Positions 58,928 through 64,000 of a stretch of DNA of 64,000 nt are shown piece by piece. Positions within the stretch are counted from its first letter, which is position 1, and the number at the start of each line of letters is the position of its first letter. Origin of the DNA: Gemmatimonadota bacterium (GTDB taxonomy: Bacteria; Gemmatimonadota; Gemmatimonadetes; Palauibacterales; Palauibacteraceae); the NCBI GenBank assembly GCA_965116475.1, contig OZ220691.1, forward strand, positions 1,344,001 to 1,408,000, written 5' to 3'. A program made the position numbers and the translations under genes. The notes beneath the pieces were generated by a model. It did no database searches. It had not been told where the DNA came from and saw nothing but the letters and a program-made list of their open reading frames with translations.

Positions 58928-59910
58928 TGGCCGTCCTCACGTATCGGGAAGCGCTGAACGAAGCCCTCCGCGAAGAGATGGAGCGCGACGACTCGACCTT
59001 CATCATCGGCGAGGAGGTGGGGGAATACGACGGCGCCTACAAGGTCACGAAGGGGCTGCTCGACCGGTTCGGGGAATGGCGCGTGCGGGACGCCCCGATC
59101 GCCGAACTGGGGTTCGCGGGGCTCGGCGTGGGGGCGGCGATGGCGGGGCTGCGGCCGATCGTCGAGTTCATGACGTGGAACTTCGCCCTGCTCGCCATCG
59201 ACGAGGTCGTGAACGCGGCGGCGAAGATGTTCCAGATGTCGGGCGGTCAGTACAACGTCCCCATCGTCTTCCGGGGACCGGGCGGCGCGGCGCTCCAGCT
59301 CGCGGCGCAGCACTCGCAGTCGCCGGAGCCGTGGTACAGCTACGCGCCGGGGCTGAAGGTGATCGCGCCCGCCACGGCGAAGGACGCGAAGGGACTCCTG
59401 AAGAGCGCGATCCGCGACGACGACCCCGTCGTCTTCATCGAGAGCGAGATCATGTACAACCTCGTCCGGGATGAAGTGCCGGAGGAGGAATACCTGACCC
59501 CGATCGGCAAGGCCGAGGTGAAGCGGGAGGGGTCGGACGTGACCGTCGTGTGCCACTCGAAGATGGTGCACCAGGCGCTCGCGGCGGCCCGCGCGCTGGA
59601 GAAGGAAGAGATCGACGTGGAGGTGCTGGACCTGCGCACGGTGCGCCCGCTGGACGTGGACGCGGTCGTGGCGTCGGTGAAGAAGACGAACCGGGCCGTG
59701 GTCGCGGAAGAGGGGTGGCCGATGTGCAACATCGGGGCCCAGGTCGTGGACGACATCCAGCGCGAGGCGTTCGACTCGCTGGACGCGCCGGTGGCGCGCG
59801 TGAACGGGCTGGACGTGCCCATGCCCTACGCGAAGAACCTGGAGAAGCTCGTAACCCCCAACGCGGACCATGTGGCGGCGGCGGTGCGCCACGTGTGCTA
59901 CGCGGACTAG
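58927..59910 (+). CDS. pdhB: Pyruvate dehydrogenase E1 beta
   Basis: YREAL, GEEVGEYDGAYKVTKGL, PIAELGF, EFMTWNF, AQHSQ, DVPMPYA. Confidence 0.95.
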   Translation: MAVLTYREALNEALREEMERDDSTFIIGEEVGEYDGAYKVTKGLLDRFGEWRVRDAPIAELGFAGLGVGAAMAGLRPIVEFMTWNFALLAIDEVVNAAAKMFQMSGGQYNVPIVFRGPGGAALQLAAQHSQSPEPWYSYAPGLKVIAPATAKDAKGLLKSAIRDDDPVVFIESEIMYNLVRDEVPEEEYLTPIGKAEVKREGSDVTVVCHSKMVHQALAAARALEKEEIDVEVLDLRTVRPLDVDAVVASVKKTNRAVVAEEGWPMCNIGAQVVDDIQREAFDSLDAPVARVNGLDVPMPYAKNLEKLVTPNADHVAAAVRHVCYAD

Positions 59911-59928
59911 CCCCGGGACCCGACCGAT

Positions 59929-61350
59929 ATGCCTGTGAGAGTCGTGATGGCGCAGCTGAGCCCGACGATGGAGGAGGGCAAGCTCATCGAGTGGAAGGTC
60001 GCCGAGGGCGATGCCGTGGCGCAGGGCGATGTCGTCGCGGAGATCGAGACCGACAAGGCAAACATGGACGTCGAGGCGCTCGGCGGCGGCGTGCTGCGCA
60101 AGATCGTCGTGCCGGAGGGCGCCACGGTGCCCGTGGGCGCGCTCATCGGCGTGATCGCCGAGCCCGACGAGGCCATCGACGAGCTGCTCGCCGAAGCGGC
60201 GGCGGCCGGCGACGGGGCGGCGGAAGACCCCGCCGAGCCGGCCGACGCGCCCGCGGTGGCGCCGGAGCCTGCGGTCGCGCCGGAGCCTGCGGTCGCGCCG
60301 GAGCCTGCGGTCGCGCCGGAGCCTGCGGTGGCGCCGGAGCCCGAGGCGGCGGGCGAGGCGGCGCCGGAGCCGCACGCGGCGGGCGAGGCGGCGGGCGGAA
60401 GCACGCCCGCGGCGACGCCCGGAGACACGGCCGCGGTGGCCGGGGGCCGCGTCAAGGCCTCGCCGGTCGCGCGGCGGATGGCCGCGGAGAGCGGGGTCGC
60501 CCTGGCCGGCCTCGCCGGATCCGGGCCGGGCGGCCGGATCGTCAAGGCCGACATCGAGGCCGCGCTGGCCCGGGGCGCCCCAGGCGTCGCGCCGGTCCCC
60601 ACCCCCACGCCCGCGCCGCCCCCCGCCGCGCCCGCACCGGCGGCGCCCGCCCCGCTCCCCTCCGGTCTGGAGGAACGGGTCGAGGAGGCGAGCCAGATGC
60701 GGAAGGCGATCGCGCGCCGGCTCGGCGAGTCGATCGGGCCCGTCCCCCACTTCTTCCTCACGACCGAGGTCGACATGGGCCGGGCGCTCGAGCTGCGTGC
60801 CGACCTCAACGCGCGTTTTGCGGACGGCAAGGTCGGGGTGACGGACCTGCTCCTGAAGGCGACCGCGGAGGCGCTGAACCGGCACCCGGCAGTCAACGCG
60901 TCGTGGGAGGAGAACGCGATCCGCTACCACGGCGCGGTCCACCTCGGCATCGCCGTGGCGCTCGACGAAGGCCTCATCACGCCGGTGCTGCGCGACGCGG
61001 GCCGCAAGGGGCTGCGGCAGATCTCGGTCGAGGCGCGGGACCTCATCGCTCGGGCGCGGGCCCGACAGCTCGCGCCGGAGGAATACCAGGGCGGGACCTT
61101 CTCGGTCAGCAACCTCGGCATGTTCGAGATCGACCAGTTCACGGCGATCATCAACCCGCCGGAAGCCGGCATCCTCGCCATCGGCCAGACGGTCGAGAAG
61201 CCCGTCGCGGTGGACGGCCAGGTCGTCGTCCGCAAGCGGATGCGCGTGACCATGTCGTGCGATCACCGCGTCATCGACGGCGCCACGGGCGCGGCGTTCC
61301 TCGCCGCCTTCAAGGCCATGCTCGAGAACCCCCTCGAGATGATCCTCTAA
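59929..61350 (+). CDS. pdhC: Dihydrolipoamide acetyltransferase E2
   Basis: LSPTMEEG..IETDKA, KASPVAR..GSGPGGRIVKAD, FSVSNLG, DHRVIDGA. Confidence 0.95.
   Translation: MPVRVVMAQLSPTMEEGKLIEWKVAEGDAVAQGDVVAEIETDKANMDVEALGGGVLRKIVVPEGATVPVGALIGVIAEPDEAIDELLAEAAAAGDGAAEDPAEPADAPAVAPEPAVAPEPAVAPEPAVAPEPAVAPEPEAAGEAAPEPHAAGEAAGGSTPAATPGDTAAVAGGRVKASPVARRMAAESGVALAGLAGSGPGGRIVKADIEAALARGAPGVAPVPTPTPAPPPAAPAPAAPAPLPSGLEERVEEASQMRKAIARRLGESIGPVPHFFLTTEVDMGRALELRADLNARFADGKVGVTDLLLKATAEALNRHPAVNASWEENAIRYHGAVHLGIAVALDEGLITPVLRDAGRKGLRQISVEARDLIARARARQLAPEEYQGGTFSVSNLGMFEIDQFTAIINPPEAGILAIGQTVEKPVAVDGQVVVRKRMRVTMSCDHRVIDGATGAAFLAAFKAMLENPLEMIL
60253..60342 (+). repeat. 18-bp tandem repeat x5 (AVAPEP) in the E2 linker
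   Basis: GCGGTSGCGCCGGAGCCY x5. Confidence 0.95.
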
Positions 61351-61395
61351 TCGGGACTTCCGGAGAACCCGGAGAACCAGAGAGTGAAGGGATAG

Positions 61396-62808
61396 ATGTC
61401 GGAGACATACGACGTCGTCGTAGTCGGGGCCGGACCGGCCGGCTACGTGTGTGCGATCCGGGCGGCGCAACTCGGCCTCCGGACCGCCTGCGTCGAGAGC
61501 GGATCGTACGAGGGCGGCCTCGGCGGCACCTGCCTCAACTGGGGCTGCATCCCCGCCAAGGCGCTGCTCGAGAGCGCCGCGCTCGCGCACAACCTGCAGC
61601 ACCACGGCGCCCGCATGGGCGTGAAGCCCGTCGAAGTGGAGTACGACTTCTCCGCGGCCGTGAAGCGGAGCCGCATCATCACCCGCAAGCTCACGGCCGG
61701 CGTGAAGTACCTGCTCGGGAAGAACAAGGTCGACATCGTGCAGGGCCGCGGCCGGCTGGCCGGAGCGGGCCGCGTCGCGGTCGAGGCGGAGGACGGCGAG
61801 ATCCGGGAGCTCGCGACCCGGAACGTCGTGTTCGCGACCGGGTCCGTGATGAAGACCTTCCCCGGCTTCGAACTCGACGGCGAGAGGGTCATCGGCAGCC
61901 GGGAAGCGCTCGGTCTCCCGGAACTCCCGGCGAAGATGGCGATCGTCGGAGCCGGATTCGTGGGCGTCGAGTTCGCCGACGTCTTCGACGCCTTCGGCGT
62001 GGACGTGACGCTGATCGAGGCGCTCGACACGCTCGTGCCCCTCGAGGACCCGGAGATCGGAAAGGCGCTCGAACGCTCGTTCAAGAAGCGCGGCATCCGC
62101 AATCTCACGAACACCCGCGTCAAGCACCTGGACCGCGACGCGAGCCCGATGGTCCTCACGGTCGTGAACCCGGACGGCAGCGAGACCGCCGAGGAGACGG
62201 ATCTCGTACTCATGGCCGTCGGACGGCGCCCCGTGAGCGAGGATCTCGGCCTCGAGAAGAACGGGGTCGCCGTGGAGGACGGCTTCATCCGGATCGACGA
62301 GTGGTGCCGCACGAACCAGCCGGGCGTCTACGCGATCGGGGACGTGGCCGGGCAGCCGATGCTGGCGCACGTCGGGTCGCACGAGGGCATCGTCGCCGCC
62401 GAGCATATCGCGGGCGTGGCCAGCCACCCGATGACGTACGGGAACATCGCGTCCGTCGGCTACTGCCACCCCGAAGTCGCCTCGATCGGCATGTCCGCGG
62501 CGCAGGCCGAGGAGGCGGGCTACGAGGTCGTCACCGGCAAGTACCCGCTCGGGGCGCACGGGCGCGCGCTGACCGCCGAATCCGCGGACGGGTTCGTGAA
62601 GATCGTGGCGGACGCCAAGTACGGCGAAGTGCTCGGCGTCCACATGATCGGACACAACGTGAGCGAACTCGTGGCGGAGGTCGGCATGGCGCGCGAACTC
62701 GAAGCCACGCTGGACGAACTCGTGCGCCACGCGCACGCGCACCCCAGCATGGCCGAGGCGGTGATGGAGGCCGCGTTCGCCGCGCTCGGACGCTCGATCC
62801 ACATGTGA
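61396..62808 (+). CDS. lpdA: Dihydrolipoyl dehydrogenase E3
   Basis: GAGPAG, GGTCLNWGCIP, GAGFVGVE, YAIGD, HAHPSMAE. Confidence 0.96.
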   Translation: MSETYDVVVVGAGPAGYVCAIRAAQLGLRTACVESGSYEGGLGGTCLNWGCIPAKALLESAALAHNLQHHGARMGVKPVEVEYDFSAAVKRSRIITRKLTAGVKYLLGKNKVDIVQGRGRLAGAGRVAVEAEDGEIRELATRNVVFATGSVMKTFPGFELDGERVIGSREALGLPELPAKMAIVGAGFVGVEFADVFDAFGVDVTLIEALDTLVPLEDPEIGKALERSFKKRGIRNLTNTRVKHLDRDASPMVLTVVNPDGSETAEETDLVLMAVGRRPVSEDLGLEKNGVAVEDGFIRIDEWCRTNQPGVYAIGDVAGQPMLAHVGSHEGIVAAEHIAGVASHPMTYGNIASVGYCHPEVASIGMSAAQAEEAGYEVVTGKYPLGAHGRALTAESADGFVKIVADAKYGEVLGVHMIGHNVSELVAEVGMARELEATLDELVRHAHAHPSMAEAVMEAAFAALGRSIHM

Positions 62809-63584
62809 GCAGGGAGCGGCAACTCCGGGTGGTCGACCTCGGCCGCCGCGAGTACCGGGAGGTGCTCGAGCTTCAGCGCTCCATCGCCCGCTGGCGGCGG
62901 AACTCTTCGTCGGACCACGACCTCCTGCTCCTCGTCGAACACCTGCCCGTGGTCACCGTCGGGCGGGGATCGAGGGAGGATTTCACGCCCCCCGACCAGG
63001 CGTGGCTCGCCGAGGCGGGGCTGGATCTGGTCGAGATCGAGCGCGGCGGCGACCTCACGTATCACGGCCCCGGCCAGCTCGTGGGCTACCCGATCCTCGA
63101 CCTCCGCGCGCACCGGCAGGACCTCCACTGGTATCTGCGCCGCATCGAGGAGGTGCTGCTGCGCGTGCTCGCGGAGTGCGGCCTTCCCGCGTTTCGGGTC
63201 GCGTCGTACACGGGCGTGTGGACGGGTTCGCCTCCCGCCGGGAGCCTCGACACGGTCGACGACGACGGGTTCGGAACGGTCCCCGCCGAGCGCGCGGACG
63301 CCCTCATCGGAGCCGGCGCGATCCGCAAGGTGGCTTCGATCGGCGTGCACGCGAGCCGCTGGGTCACGTCCCACGGCTTCGCGCTCAACGTGACGCCCGA
63401 GCCCCTCGCGAACTTCCGCGGCATCGTCGCGTGCGGCATCCACGGCGTCCGCATGACGAGCCTCGCCTCCGAGGGCGCCTCCCATACGCTCGAAGAGGCC
63501 GGGGAAGCCGTGGTGCGCGCGTTCCCCGTGGCCTTCCCGAACCTCGCGCCGTCCCACGCGCCGGAAGTCGGCCTGCGCGTCTGA
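62805..63584 (+). CDS. lipB: Lipoyl(octanoyl) transferase
   Basis: VEHLPVVTVGR, RGGDLTYHGPGQLVGYPI, TGVW, KVASIG, HGFALNV, IVACG; GTGA overlap. Confidence 0.95.
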   Translation: MSRERQLRVVDLGRREYREVLELQRSIARWRRNSSSDHDLLLLVEHLPVVTVGRGSREDFTPPDQAWLAEAGLDLVEIERGGDLTYHGPGQLVGYPILDLRAHRQDLHWYLRRIEEVLLRVLAECGLPAFRVASYTGVWTGSPPAGSLDTVDDDGFGTVPAERADALIGAGAIRKVASIGVHASRWVTSHGFALNVTPEPLANFRGIVACGIHGVRMTSLASEGASHTLEEAGEAVVRAFPVAFPNLAPSHAPEVGLRV

Positions 63585-63666
63585 CGTTCCCGCGGGAACG
63601 TTTGGTTCGGCCGGTCGCCCAACTGGCGGGTACGGACGTTCCCGCAGGAACGCGTTGGCGGGAACG
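63584..63666. repeat. Cluster of the dispersed palindrome (copies 4 and 5 plus a half-site)
   Basis: ACGTTCCCGCGGGAACGT 63584-63601; CGTTCCCGCAGGAACG 63637-63652; GCGGGAACG 63658-63666. Confidence 0.92.
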
Positions 63667-63770
63667 TTGCCGAAACGGGGCGTGGGGCCGACCTTGTGGC
63701 GCGTTGCCCGCCGGGTGCGGGTGACCCGATCTCCGTCGCCGAACCGCCGCACAAGGATGGCTTACGAAGA

Positions 63771-63941
63771 ATGAGTACGATTCTCGGGATTCTGCTGCTC
63801 TGCACGGTCGTCGTCGCCCTGCTGCTCGGACAGCTCGCCCGGCTGTCCGTCCGGGAACGCATCCTTCAGACCGGCGCCATGCTCGCCGCGGCCTTCATCT
63901 TCTACGGCCTCGTCGCACTCCTGGAGTCCGCCACCCACTAG
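63771..63941 (+). CDS. Small hypothetical membrane protein (56 aa)
   Basis: Two hydrophobic segments: MSTILGILLLCTVVVALLLG and AMLAAAFIFYGLVALL. Confidence 0.6.
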   Translation: MSTILGILLLCTVVVALLLGQLARLSVRERILQTGAMLAAAFIFYGLVALLESATH

Positions 63942-64000
63942 CCGTGTACGATCTTTGAGCCCTGCCAGGCGGCGATGCCGATCATGAAGGTCGCGAACAG
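63938..64000 (-). CDS. C-terminal fragment of a probable membrane protein (partial)
   Basis: Reads LFATFMIGIAAWQGSKIVHG* with GC3-rich codons; the stop overlaps that of the convergent ORF. Confidence 0.5.
   Translation of the reverse strand: MFATFMIGIAAWQGSKIVHG

Noticed and set aside
59550..62804. Apparent 1344-aa protein ending in LipB, and similar long extensions on abmA, kynU, pdhA, the aminopeptidase and the deaminase
   Set aside because: The upstream parts are off-frame read-throughs overlapping real genes; true starts are at stop/start overlaps or motif boundaries.

Overview
High-GC (roughly 70% by eye) bacterial chromosomal window. Gene content is compatible with a Gemmatimonadota-like heterotroph, but that is inference. 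I found no rRNA, tRNA, CRISPR array, transposase or integrase. The first ~27 kb mixes housekeeping and nutrient genes (AddAB, purine uptake, adenine/adenosine deaminase, phosphatases, tandem DMFase-like lipoproteins) with accessory modules: a DUF222-HNH gene, two Fic genes each preceded by an AT-rich motif array, MazEF and a Phd/VapC pair. The rest holds two aldehyde dehydrogenases, a TonB receptor, an HD-domain protein, a Trp -> kynurenine -> anthranilate -> anthraniloyl-CoA catabolic cluster lacking kynB, and a lipoate/2-oxoacid dehydrogenase cluster. Top candidates for new biology: (1) the palindrome CGTTCCCGCGGGAACG inside and upstream of the DUF222-HNH gene and at distant intergenic sites, where that protein has a ParB-like HTH; (2) a helically phased TCAC array upstream of one Fic gene and an alternating inverted-repeat array upstream of the other; (3) a creatininase-family enzyme in the place of KynB; (4) a circularly permuted PafA-type alkaline phosphatase. 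All product calls come from motif recognition, not database searches.
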